Shown here: positions 27,308 to 37,353 of the stretch, piece after piece
Position numbering within the stretch: the first letter of the stretch is position 1
Layout of the letters: each line of letters starts with the position of its first letter
Source: an uncultured Planctomycetota bacterium
Lineage (GTDB): Bacteria; Planctomycetota; B143-G9
DNA: 64,000 bases
Assembly: GCA_964571525.1 (NCBI GenBank)
Contig: CAZNBY010000001.1
Coordinates: 4,647 to 68,646 of the forward strand
Direction of reading: 5' to 3'
Position numbers and translations under genes: made by a program
The notes under the pieces: generated by a model
Seen by the model: the letters and a program-made list of their open reading frames with translations, nothing else
Database searches by the model: none
What the model was told of the DNA's origin: nothing

Positions 27308-28617
27308 GGTGCTGTTTTCGGCTCTTTTTCTGCCTGACCAGTCTGCCATTCGGCGCGAATACGGCGGATTATCACCTCTTGCGCAGCCTCCTCCATGTTT
27401 GGCAAAAGCCCAAAGTCGCGCTCCCACAGCTTTTGAACTGCAAGCGCAGCCTCAAGCCTTACCTTAAAATCTCGCGTATAAAGCATCTCTGCTATCTTTG
27501 CAAGATGAACCTTATCGCCTAAATCGGATAGGCACCGCAAAACCTCGACAAGCACATCGGGATTCTCATCGGGCGTAAGAAGCTCGCTTACACGCTGGTG
27601 GAAACGCTCGACCTTTAAGAGCCGCACAACACGCACCGCCGCCCTTTTAAGCTCTTTATCAGGAGAAGCGAAAAACCGTGACAAAAGCGGTACTATCTCT
27701 GTAACATTCCATTCTGCAAGCTGTTCGAGCACCATCAGCAAAAGCTTGCTTTCGGCTGCCTCGGTTGCGACTATCTTAACAAGATATGGTGTCGCGACCT
27801 CCCTTCCGAGCGCAACAAGCGCCTCAAGCGCGCGAAGTCGAAATGGCAGCCCGGCTCCCGGTGAACAAAGCACATCGCCCAACAGCTCTCTGCACTGCAC
27901 GCCACAACGCTCGGCTGCAAGCGCGTATTCAATTTTAAGCTCAAGCGGCGAGTTCTTATCGAATGCGCCCTTTGCAAATCTCTCGCCCCATAACTTGCTC
28001 TTTGTATATCCTAAAACATATACCGCCCCCATCTGAAGTGCGATATTGCGAAGTTTGAGCCACGCCTCGGCGATTGAAAAAGCGGCCGAACTGTCAGATA
28101 TAAACAGAATCCTTAGAGCGGATAGTCTGACGGACTCAGAGAACATTTCGAACGATATTGCCCGCGTAGCGAGCCATACACAGGCAGCGTCGCCCATAAC
28201 CGATTCAACTAATTCGGCGTTTTCAAACACGCCTTCGAAAAGCATCCGTTCGCAAAACGCAAGATACCGTAAAGCGTCGTTTTTGGCAATTGTGGATGCG
28301 TTTGGCTCGATCTGATCAAGCACTGCTATCCGGTCTGCGACAATCTGCTCGAAATCTTTCGGATGAAAAACTGGTGATACATTCTGTTGAATCAGGAGCA
28401 AATACGACAGTGCGCGCGTCGCGCCCGCAGCGTCGTTTGCTATTTGCGCTTTGTCGAATTCCGCAATCGCATCTGTTACAGTGCTACTTGCCGGAATATC
28501 AGCCTTAGGCTCTTTAGTTTTTTCAGGCGGTTTCAACGATGTCTCTGCCTCACCAAGGCAGGTGAGAAACGCCAATGCAAAGGCCAATAGTATCAGTTGT
28601 ACCCAATGTTTAGCCAT
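27304..28617 (-). CDS. exported HEAT-repeat protein
   Basis: Signal peptide; repeated LRLRALEAL / LKRAAVRVV / VRLEAALAV helices. Confidence 0.75.
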   Translation of the reverse strand: MAKHWVQLILLAFALAFLTCLGEAETSLKPPEKTKEPKADIPASSTVTDAIAEFDKAQIANDAAGATRALSYLLLIQQNVSPVFHPKDFEQIVADRIAVLDQIEPNASTIAKNDALRYLAFCERMLFEGVFENAELVESVMGDAACVWLATRAISFEMFSESVRLSALRILFISDSSAAFSIAEAWLKLRNIALQMGAVYVLGYTKSKLWGERFAKGAFDKNSPLELKIEYALAAERCGVQCRELLGDVLCSPGAGLPFRLRALEALVALGREVATPYLVKIVATEAAESKLLLMVLEQLAEWNVTEIVPLLSRFFASPDKELKRAAVRVVRLLKVERFHQRVSELLTPDENPDVLVEVLRCLSDLGDKVHLAKIAEMLYTRDFKVRLEAALAVQKLWERDFGLLPNMEEAAQEVIIRRIRAEWQTGQAEKEPKTAP

Positions 28618-29373
28618 CTATTTACCCAATAACAGACGCTGGGCGAGAAAGTTGTCAAGGTCGGCTATTGCAAGAATCTTCTTCACAGACGCCTCGACAT
28701 CATAGGGAATGCGAAAGTACCTGAATCCAGTCTTCTCAAGCACCACATAACAACTGCGCCGGTCGCGGTCACGCGGCTGGCCAATCGAACCGACATTTAC
28801 TATCATCTTCTGGTCGAACGGATAGAAACGCCCCGGGTTGGGAATAATTATGTCGTCGCCAAGGAATATGCGCGGCAGGTGCGAATGTCCGATAAAAAAC
28901 ACATCGCACGCCGGGTACTTTTTGAAAACCTTCTGCGCATCGTTCACGCTGCGAACATACTTCGAACTGCCGGGCTCAAGGGGTGTATCGTGGAAGAACA
29001 ACATGCCATCGTGCTCGAACATGCGAGGCAGTCTCATAAACCGCTCCCAAAGCTCGCGCTTCGCTTTGACGGTCTTAAAAGCCATCAACTGCTTGTGCAT
29101 AGCTGGATCGAGCATCTTTCGGGTCCATTCTGATGCCCTTCTGGCAATGGGATTGAAGCTCGGCGGTATCTCGTAAAGTACAGCCTCGTCGTGGTTGCCG
29201 ATTATGCTGCGTTCAAATGTGGGCAGATATTGAGCGACTTCAAGTGGATCGGGGCCGTAGCCAACAAGGTCACCCAAGAAGAAAATTCGCGTGATGCCGC
29301 GCGCCTTGATATCGTCGAGAACGGCGCTTAGTGCGGCAATGTTTGAATGAATATCAGAGATAAGTGCAATCAT
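28618..29373 (-). CDS. metallophosphoesterase (calcineurin-like)
   Basis: DIHSN, GDLVGYG, GNHD, GHSH, NVGSIGQPRD. Confidence 0.92.
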   Translation of the reverse strand: MIALISDIHSNIAALSAVLDDIKARGITRIFFLGDLVGYGPDPLEVAQYLPTFERSIIGNHDEAVLYEIPPSFNPIARRASEWTRKMLDPAMHKQLMAFKTVKAKRELWERFMRLPRMFEHDGMLFFHDTPLEPGSSKYVRSVNDAQKVFKKYPACDVFFIGHSHLPRIFLGDDIIIPNPGRFYPFDQKMIVNVGSIGQPRDRDRRSCYVVLEKTGFRYFRIPYDVEASVKKILAIADLDNFLAQRLLLGK

Positions 29374-31739
29374 TAAGACGGGGTCTCCGCCGATGTAAGC
29401 GAGAGCATAGTCAGTTTTCGGCGTATCAGCAAATCAACTCTCGCTCTAAGCCTCGGCGGGGAAAACGGCTTTGTAAGATAATCGTCTGCGCCAACATCAA
29501 GTCCCTCTTTGCGTCCTTCCTCCTCTGAGATAGCGGTCAGCAACATAATGGGTATCTGGGAAGTTTCAAGGCTTGCGCGTAGCTGTGCGCACACCTCAAA
29601 GCCTGTCATGCCGGGCATCATCACATCCAACAACATCATGTCTGGCAGGTGCTTGCGTGCAAACATAAGGCCATCAGCACCGTTTTCGGCTTCTATAATA
29701 GTCGCGAACTTATCCTTCAGTGTCGTCCGCGTGACCTTGCGTATCATCTTGTCGTCGTCAACTATTAGCAGCAGTGGGCGCTCAATCTTTTCAGGTTCAC
29801 CAAGTGCCTTCTTGTCGCATTCATTGGTAGGTGGCTCGGCGACCTGCGTAACCTTGCGGGGCAGCTCATTACCGCATTGTTTACAAAAATGCCATTGCCG
29901 TTTTATTGGTGTTGCGCATTTGCAGCAGTGAAAGCCCAACTTGTAACCACAAGCCGGACAGTTGAAGAACTCGTATTCAACGCTTGTGTTACAGTTTGGA
30001 CAGAGCAACACCTCAACCTCACTCACCTCGATAACACGAGAAAGCTCGGCAAGTGATGTGAAGCCCGAATACACTCTGCGCAGACCGGCCATGTAAAGAG
30101 TATCCATGCCATTCTTTACCGCACGGTGCAGCAGTGCGCGGTCGTTTCTGCCCTCTAATATCATCTCGCGCAGATCTTGGTCAATCATCAATATCTCGAA
30201 CACCGCCATACGACCGCGATAGCCTGAAAAACCACACTTCTCGCATCCTACAGGCTCATAAAAAGCTTGCCCGGGCTTATACGGTAGAATGTCCATTATC
30301 CGCGACAATATCTTATCATCTGGCTTGTGAACTCGTTTGCAGTCGGGGCACAGCTTGCGCACAAGCCTTTGCGCAATGACGCCCAATAGCGAGCTTGCAA
30401 TAAGAAAACGGTCAACGCCAATATCAATCAGGCGGGTTACCGCGGATGGCGCATCGTTTGTATGGAGTGTTGACATAACAAGGTGACCGGTGATGGATGC
30501 CTTTATAGCAATTTCTGCCGTCTCACCGTCTCTTATCTCGCCTATCATTATTACATCTGGGTCCTGGCGAAGAATTGACCGCAACGCCTTGGGAAAGGTC
30601 AATCCTGCCTTTACATTCACCTGAACCTGATTTATCCCCGCCAAGTTATATTCAACAGGATCCTCAACCGTTATGGTGTTGTTGTCTTCTGTGTTAATCT
30701 TCTGAAGCACCGAGTACAGCGTGGTTGATTTGCCAGAGCCGGTTGGGCCGACGACAAGAAACACACCATACGGACGCGAGATTATTGACTCCAAACGCTC
30801 CCGTTCGACAGGCAGAAGATTAAGATTGTCGAGGCCGATTATGTTCGATGTCTTGTCAAGAAGACGGATGACTACCTTTTCGCCGTATATCATCGGAAGA
30901 GTGGAGACGCGAAGATCAAATTTCTTTCCCCGCGTGGCTATAAAGGCTCTGCCGTCCTGCGGTATCCGTTTCTCGGCAATATCAAGGCCAGACATAATCT
31001 TTAATCGCGCGACAACCCGCGTGGAAAGCGCCATTGGAAGCCGCATTATTGTGCGAAGCATACCGTCAACACGGAACTTCACATATAGGATTCGCTCTGT
31101 GGGTTCGATATGTACATCCGACGACTTCATCCGCACCGATTCAGACAATATAAGATTCACGAGCCTAATAATTGGATTGGATGAAGAGCCTGCCTCAAGG
31201 CCACCACCGTACTCATCTGTCTCAGCGTCATCAGAATCAACGAACGAAATCTCGTCCTCATCAACCATGATGTTTTTCAGGACATCGTATATCGAGTCAT
31301 CTACCTCGTTGACCTTTTCTATGGCGCCTTTTATGTCGCTTGCGCGTGCAAGATGTGTTCGGACGGCCATTCCTGTCTGGCGTGTTACTTCGTCAATTAT
31401 GCTCACATCGAGCGGGTTGCTCATCGCGACGAACAACTCTCCGTTGTCCTTCTTATATGGCAAAACACCGTTCGATATGGTGAATTTGTAGTTGAGCAGT
31501 TTGGCGGCGTCAGGGTCAACACCTGCATTGGCAAGATTTACAACAGGAATCCGCGTGAAAACCTGCATCCATTTGAAAATATCGTCCTCAGTAACAAATC
31601 CCATTTCGACAAGCACATCCTGAAGCGGACGCTTTGCGCCCTTCTGATGCTCCTTTGCCTCACTTAGCTGCTCGAGCGTTATCTTGCCCGACTGTATAAG
31701 GTACGCGTCGAGCTTGACGCGCATCGTGTTGCTTGCCAT
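29373..31739 (-). CDS. pilB: PilB/GspE-type secretion ATPase with double zinc ribbon and C-terminal receiver domain
   Basis: SDVHIEP, GPTGSGKST, TVEDPVE, LRQDPDVIMIGEIRD, TLHTND; four CxxC pairs after the ATPase; REC motifs VDDD, LLDVMMP, LTA, KPF. Confidence 0.92.
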   Translation of the reverse strand: MASNTMRVKLDAYLIQSGKITLEQLSEAKEHQKGAKRPLQDVLVEMGFVTEDDIFKWMQVFTRIPVVNLANAGVDPDAAKLLNYKFTISNGVLPYKKDNGELFVAMSNPLDVSIIDEVTRQTGMAVRTHLARASDIKGAIEKVNEVDDSIYDVLKNIMVDEDEISFVDSDDAETDEYGGGLEAGSSSNPIIRLVNLILSESVRMKSSDVHIEPTERILYVKFRVDGMLRTIMRLPMALSTRVVARLKIMSGLDIAEKRIPQDGRAFIATRGKKFDLRVSTLPMIYGEKVVIRLLDKTSNIIGLDNLNLLPVERERLESIISRPYGVFLVVGPTGSGKSTTLYSVLQKINTEDNNTITVEDPVEYNLAGINQVQVNVKAGLTFPKALRSILRQDPDVIMIGEIRDGETAEIAIKASITGHLVMSTLHTNDAPSAVTRLIDIGVDRFLIASSLLGVIAQRLVRKLCPDCKRVHKPDDKILSRIMDILPYKPGQAFYEPVGCEKCGFSGYRGRMAVFEILMIDQDLREMILEGRNDRALLHRAVKNGMDTLYMAGLRRVYSGFTSLAELSRVIEVSEVEVLLCPNCNTSVEYEFFNCPACGYKLGFHCCKCATPIKRQWHFCKQCGNELPRKVTQVAEPPTNECDKKALGEPEKIERPLLLIVDDDKMIRKVTRTTLKDKFATIIEAENGADGLMFARKHLPDMMLLDVMMPGMTGFEVCAQLRASLETSQIPIMLLTAISEEEGRKEGLDVGADDYLTKPFSPPRLRARVDLLIRRKLTMLSLTSAETPS

Positions 31740-32320
31740 TACGGAGAGACCTTTGGTACAGATGATTTAGAGGATATCATCATGCTGTCAACTCCGGCAG
31801 CCTTTGGATCTGGCGCAGCAAGTGTCCAACCGCCGTCAGGAAGCACAGTGAACACAAATGGCTTGCCTGATATTGGGCAGGTCTTGGGAAGCTCGGGCTT
31901 CATCTCATAAAAGTCATCAATCTTTGTGGGCTGTTTGCCCTCTTTCGCAGCGGCAAACTTGTTGGCGGCATCCTTGAACTGCCATAATGCATCAAGAGCC
32001 TTTGTATATGCCGCTGAGTATTGCTTTGGCGCACCATCGGAATACGGTGCTCCGATTCTGGGATAAAGAGGTGGATTGATGAAGTAATACAGCACTGCAC
32101 AAGCCAGAAGCGCGATGAGAATAATCAGCCGGTATGGAATCTTGCGCTTCGGCTTTGCCCGTTCTTGTTCAAGCTGCTCAGTCTTCTTTTTGTCATCTGA
32201 CAAAAAATTGCCGAGGTCCTTTGCAAGGCTCTCTGCCTCTTTGCGAAGCGACTCATCGCCAGCGGCACCCTGTTTAGAGTCATCCGCGCGATGCAATTGT
32301 AGCAACAGCATTATGTTCAT
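31739..32320 (-). CDS. single-pass membrane hypothetical protein
   Basis: One TM helix, TAATG coupling to pilB; start at 32320 (RBS GGAGG). Confidence 0.7.
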   Translation of the reverse strand: MNIMLLLQLHRADDSKQGAAGDESLRKEAESLAKDLGNFLSDDKKKTEQLEQERAKPKRKIPYRLIILIALLACAVLYYFINPPLYPRIGAPYSDGAPKQYSAAYTKALDALWQFKDAANKFAAAKEGKQPTKIDDFYEMKPELPKTCPISGKPFVFTVLPDGGWTLAAPDPKAAGVDSMMISSKSSVPKVSP

Positions 32321-32373
32321 AATACCCTCCCGCCCAGTATTATACATCCACGAATGTGAAATACAACAAACTA

Positions 32374-33099
32374 CTATTGCGCGCTTTTCCGTGCGAGCCG
32401 CGCAGTTACTGCTTCGCTTTCAAGCTCGCGCAATGCGTTCTTCGCTATCCAAGTCGCACTTCGATTTTCAAGGGTAAGCAATGATCGCGCAACTTCGCAA
32501 GCCCTTTTGTTCAAAAAATTGTTGCGCTTGCCAATCTGCCTTAACGCCCAGTTGACGGCCTTCTTTACGAAGTTTCGCCCATCGTGCGAATACGATACAA
32601 TCAAATCGAAGAAATGCTCGAACTCATCGTCTTTCATCTTCTTATCATGAACAGCAAGAGCGGCGATAGAGGCGAAGGCAGATCTGCGAACAAATTCCTC
32701 TTCGCGGGTTGCCCATTCGTCAATCTTTGCGCGGATAAAAGGTGTATGAATGAAAAGGCAATAGCAGCACTGATCAACGATGCCCCACGAATCGAAGTCC
32801 GCCGCAAGAGCATCCATCCGTTCTGAAGTAAGATTCTTGGGGTTCATTAACAAAACGGCGACAGTTCGGGCCTCGCTTATGCCTGTTGCCCAAAGTCCTT
32901 GCGCTATTTCATCGCTCTTGCTCGTCTGTCGGGCGATAGCGCGAATCTTATCGGTTGAGACTCCGAGCGCGTTTTCAACAGGCAGTGCGAAATATGCCAT
33001 CTTCGCCTTGAACTCAGCCGTGCCCTGCGCACGAAGCGCGTTAAGCACATCATCCGCCGTTTTAAAACACACTTCAGCCTTGCGTGCTGTTTTGCTCAT
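32374..33099 (-). CDS. alkD: DNA alkylation repair protein (AlkD family)
   Basis: LWATGISEAR, FDSWGIVD, EFVRR, FVKKAVNWALRQIGKRN. Confidence 0.88.
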   Translation of the reverse strand: MSKTARKAEVCFKTADDVLNALRAQGTAEFKAKMAYFALPVENALGVSTDKIRAIARQTSKSDEIAQGLWATGISEARTVAVLLMNPKNLTSERMDALAADFDSWGIVDQCCYCLFIHTPFIRAKIDEWATREEEFVRRSAFASIAALAVHDKKMKDDEFEHFFDLIVSYSHDGRNFVKKAVNWALRQIGKRNNFLNKRACEVARSLLTLENRSATWIAKNALRELESEAVTARLARKSAQ

Positions 33100-35105
33100 T
33101 TATCGCCCTTATTCTCCGCCTGTTCGCTCATCTTTCTGTACATCTCCAACTCCTCGGGAGTCGGTTTGTATTCAAATACTGTCCGCTTCGCTTTTTTCTT
33201 TCGGCCAAAGTCCATCGGTGGAAGCTCAGGCAATGGTTGCTGAATCGGTTCAGGTTGCGGTAAAACTGGCTCGACACTCACAGGTGGAACAGGAGCAGTA
33301 TAATCTTTTAACTCGATAACTGGTATTGGTTCAGCCAACTCGGGTTGCGATACAGCAGTTTCAGCCACCTCTGGCGCGGGAGCTGGCGTTTCTTCAACCG
33401 CTTCTACCACCGCCTCTGTCACAACAGGCTCGGTTTGAACTGCAATTGGTTCAATCTGCGTCTGTTCGGGGGCAGATTCTATCATTACAGGAGGAGCAGC
33501 CTCAATTTGCACAGGTTCACCGATAGAATCGTCGAGCAGTGGCGTTTCCTCTTGAGTCTGAACTCCTGCAGCTTCAATCTGCTCCTCTGTTTCAACCGTG
33601 ACTTGCTCGTCTTGTACAATGGATTGTGATTCAGCCTCAAGAACAAGCTCGGGGCGTTCCTCATCACGCTGTTCTTGGCCTTCAGACTTGTCTTCAGGCT
33701 GCATAGAGTCTGACTTTCCAGATTCCTGCTGTTCTTCTGCCTTTTTCGCATCCTCCTTCGGGCCGAATTTGAGTTTCCAGAACTCCTCAGCGCGGCGAAT
33801 ATAATCTGGCTTGTAGTTTGGATCTCTTTGAGTCGGTTCCTTTGGTTTAGGAAGCTCTACATCCTTCCATTCTGGGAACACCTTTCCAAACACCTCGTCG
33901 AATGACGGCCTGAAGCGGTTTCGAAATTTAAGATCACACAGATACTCACGCCACCTTTGCGGTTCGCGCAGAACATCCAATAACAGCCGCCGCACTCCTA
34001 AAGAAGCCGATGCGATCGCGATATAGAATATCCTTGCAGCGGTGTTGGCCTTCCTTATGGCTCTAAGGTAAAATTCGAGTATCTCTTTAGGGAACAGGTC
34101 TTCCAGCTGTTGCGCGACGCTCATCTTGAATGGATCAACGATCGGCGTCGCCACAGTATAGTCTTCGAGAGTCGCTATGACATCCCTGTATTCCTTTCTG
34201 TACATGCGTATCTTGATCTTCTCATCCTCCTTAGCGTGCACAATGTAGTCGCGAAAACGAAGGAAATATGCGTTTCTCTCCTCCTCTGTGCACAACTTCT
34301 CGAATTCAAGATAACGGTCAAGGGTTAAGTTTGCCACTGTTGATTTAAACTTGTAATCAATATACTTTGCATGATTTTTATCATGCTTTGCCGTCATGGC
34401 AAGGAATTCGTAAATATTCATCTTGCTTTCCGTACCGCGTTCTATTCCTTCTTCTGCCACATTAATTGCGCGGTACTTTTCGCCATTCTCCCACAGGAAA
34501 ATCGCGTAGTCACAATAGTCATCGCAGGAAAACAACAGACTCTTGCGCAATTTTAGATATTTTTCATTTTCGCCGATGCTTTTATATATCTTGCATGCGA
34601 AGTTCTGCGTAATATCTCTATTTATTTGCTCAAGTTCCTCAGCAAAATATAGAGTTTCAGTATGATTATAGCATGCAGCAAAACCAATATTGCACTGCTC
34701 ATTTGGAAACGGACATAATGAACGCTTCAAATTTGAGCAAATGTACGACACAATTTTCTGCCTAAGCTCGACGCTTGTTTCGCCTAACACGAGCTTCTGC
34801 ACAATACGACGGGATAAGTCTTGAATAATTGCTGTCTTGTCATCGCGCATGATGTAATACTCTTTAACTTTTGCGATTAACGGCAGCATTTCAAGCCAAA
34901 GAAATTCAACTTCCTTATCCTCAACTTCTTGCAAAGCATTTTTGCTAAGCTGCACATTTGCTCTAAGATAATCATACGCAGACAAGTATGATTCCTCGTT
35001 TTCGTTTAGCAGCCTAACAACTAATTCTTTTAGCTTTGGTGCGGCAGCATCGTCCATCATGATGCGCATAATTCTGTCTTTAAATTCTCTTTCTTCTGGT
35101 TTCAT
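33096..35105 (-). CDS. hypothetical alpha-helical protein with acidic/Pro-rich C-terminal tail
   Basis: 669-aa ORF from ATG 35105; E/P/A/V-rich last third; ATGA overlap with alkD. Confidence 0.7.
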   Translation of the reverse strand: MKPEEREFKDRIMRIMMDDAAAPKLKELVVRLLNENEESYLSAYDYLRANVQLSKNALQEVEDKEVEFLWLEMLPLIAKVKEYYIMRDDKTAIIQDLSRRIVQKLVLGETSVELRQKIVSYICSNLKRSLCPFPNEQCNIGFAACYNHTETLYFAEELEQINRDITQNFACKIYKSIGENEKYLKLRKSLLFSCDDYCDYAIFLWENGEKYRAINVAEEGIERGTESKMNIYEFLAMTAKHDKNHAKYIDYKFKSTVANLTLDRYLEFEKLCTEEERNAYFLRFRDYIVHAKEDEKIKIRMYRKEYRDVIATLEDYTVATPIVDPFKMSVAQQLEDLFPKEILEFYLRAIRKANTAARIFYIAIASASLGVRRLLLDVLREPQRWREYLCDLKFRNRFRPSFDEVFGKVFPEWKDVELPKPKEPTQRDPNYKPDYIRRAEEFWKLKFGPKEDAKKAEEQQESGKSDSMQPEDKSEGQEQRDEERPELVLEAESQSIVQDEQVTVETEEQIEAAGVQTQEETPLLDDSIGEPVQIEAAPPVMIESAPEQTQIEPIAVQTEPVVTEAVVEAVEETPAPAPEVAETAVSQPELAEPIPVIELKDYTAPVPPVSVEPVLPQPEPIQQPLPELPPMDFGRKKKAKRTVFEYKPTPEELEMYRKMSEQAENKGDK

Positions 35106-35823
35106 ATTTAATTCCTGTCGCTGATTGGCGTTTGACTGTGATTTGTATCGGACAATTGCGTGCACGATGCACGCTCGGATGAACTCTGTGTCTGGCCTGG
35201 TGCCCTTGTGCAGACCGATTCGCTTCCGCGTTGCATATCGGCAGATTTATCGTCACATGACGCAGATCCGCAGCAGATACGCCCCAAACGAGCAAATCGG
35301 CCTCGTCGAAGCGTGGTATTGGCATGAAATCTGTTGCGTATTGTGCTTGATATGGCGCGAATTGGAAGGCTGGCATGCGGCAAGGCAAGCCCATTGCCTT
35401 TGTATCTCAGGATTTGCGAAATGAGGTTGAAAAGGCTTTCTTGCGGGTTTTGAAGGCTTTTGTTAAGGGGATATTGTGAGGACTTGAGCGTACCCCTTAA
35501 TAGAGGGGTCTCACGGCCGTCTTCGTTAGGCGAAGATGTGCGGCGGCAGTTATTTGTAAGTTCGTTGTTGAAGTCCATAGTTGCTCGTTTTCGTTTCAAC
35601 GCTTGAACTTGGCAACGCGGCGACCCGATGCGGATCACCTGCGCGCTGTACTGCGATTTGGGTCCATCCGCACTCGCAGCGCTTTGGTGAAAGCATGTGT
35701 ATTTTAGTACTCTGCAAACCCTGTGTCAAGGCAAAACTGCATGTTTCAAGTGCATTATGCGTATCAGTCTTCGCCCCGTTTTTTCATCCCTTGCCTTATG
35801 CGGCATTTGTGTACAATTGCATT

Positions 35824-37353
35824 ATGCCTTGGCTTGCGCTCAACATTGCCGGAGAGTATTCCCGCAGAGAGATCAAGCGCGCAATTATTGCCGGAAGCGG
35901 AGAATCCGACGCGATTCGTCTGTCTGGCAAAAGCGCGTTGCGCCACCATTTCAAATTAGACTGCGATACTGGTGGCTGGTACATTCAAGACCTTCTTGGC
36001 ACTGAATTGGTAACCGTCAACAATTCGCCCATGCTGCGAAGATATCTGACAGACGGCGACGAGATTTGCCTTAACGATGATTCCATTGTCTTTCACACAG
36101 ACGACCCAGTGCCCTTTCTTATTCTCAATGAGTCTGACGGTTGCCGCCCCGCCGCACCAGATGAGCTTCCTTCCATCGGCCCCTATTTAGAGCGAATTCT
36201 AATCGCAGAGGCTTTCTCATATCACCGCAGCAAGCGAGCGTGGCTCAAGGTCACACTCGTTGTCGTGGGTATTGCACTTATCATGGGGGTTCACGCCTTC
36301 TTTACAAGCACACCCCCCGAAGATGTTGTTGAGGATCCACAACAGAACGCTATCGAGTACATGAATTCAGCAAGTCAGCTTGCCGCTTCAGGCGACCTTG
36401 CCACAGCCCTGATTAATGCGAATTTAGCGCTTCATCTTGGCCTGAACAAACAAGATGAAAACCTGTTGACCAAGCAGATGGAATCTTGGATCGAAGAGAA
36501 ATCGAAATTGGATGAGGCGGCTGCATCGAAAATCAGCGATGCCTATGCTCGCATTAAGGCGCACCCCAGCGCAGCGATCGCGCATAAAGGGCTTTTTGCT
36601 GAGATTGAGGTTCGCGCGTTGAGGGGTTACGCGCAAATCTTCAACCGCATAAATGAATGGCAGATTGCATTAGACAAATCCGCAGAGCTTGTCGCCCGGG
36701 GAGAACACAAAAATGCCGCGGCTATATTAGAGGCATTTGCGCAGTCAGACCCTGCCTCTCCATACGCGCCTGCAGCGCTTCTTCGAGCCGATGAATTGAC
36801 CAGACGCTCTTCGATGGTCGCTGACTTCTACGCCCGTATCCGCCCTCCAAGGCTTCTTGCATTCGATTTCGCCACACCCCGCGCACTGCTTGATTGGCGC
36901 GTTGAAAGTGGCGAATGGCAGCGTTCCACCGCCGGCATCACGGTAGTTTCAGTCGCACAAAATCCTGCCATGATTTTATGTGAGAAAGCAGAATACTCGG
37001 CAAGCTCTCTTTGGCTGCGGTTGTGCTGTGCAAGACCAAAACAGGGTTCGTTGGGCACCCTCAGCGCGGGGATTTCTAACGAGGACGGCTCGGGTCTGCG
37101 AATCGAGGTTACCGCAACCAAGGCGACTATTTCAATGGTCAAAGGTGACTTTAGTATGAGCAAATCGCTGGATCTTCCGAAGAGCGATATTGTTCAAATT
37201 GAGCTTGCGATCTACGATGGCGCGGTGCTTTTCGTCTGCGGTGAAGATGAACTGTCTTTTAAGGCTGAGGGCAGCCGCACGATAACAGGCAATCCGGTTT
37301 TATCTGCTACTTCGACGGGCACAGAGTTCTTCTACTTTGCAATAGGCTATTAA
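35824..37353 (+). CDS. FHA-domain membrane protein
   Basis: N-terminal FHA-like fold (HHF.L...GGWYIQDL...VTVN...LTDGDEI), TM helix, helical and beta domains; start placed 6 nt after TACAAT. Confidence 0.7.
   Translation: MPWLALNIAGEYSRREIKRAIIAGSGESDAIRLSGKSALRHHFKLDCDTGGWYIQDLLGTELVTVNNSPMLRRYLTDGDEICLNDDSIVFHTDDPVPFLILNESDGCRPAAPDELPSIGPYLERILIAEAFSYHRSKRAWLKVTLVVVGIALIMGVHAFFTSTPPEDVVEDPQQNAIEYMNSASQLAASGDLATALINANLALHLGLNKQDENLLTKQMESWIEEKSKLDEAAASKISDAYARIKAHPSAAIAHKGLFAEIEVRALRGYAQIFNRINEWQIALDKSAELVARGEHKNAAAILEAFAQSDPASPYAPAALLRADELTRRSSMVADFYARIRPPRLLAFDFATPRALLDWRVESGEWQRSTAGITVVSVAQNPAMILCEKAEYSASSLWLRLCCARPKQGSLGTLSAGISNEDGSGLRIEVTATKATISMVKGDFSMSKSLDLPKSDIVQIELAIYDGAVLFVCGEDELSFKAEGSRTITGNPVLSATSTGTEFFYFAIGY

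Noticed and set aside
35108-35638. 176-aa minus-strand ORF
   Set aside because: No RBS, atypical composition, no recognisable motif; treated as intergenic
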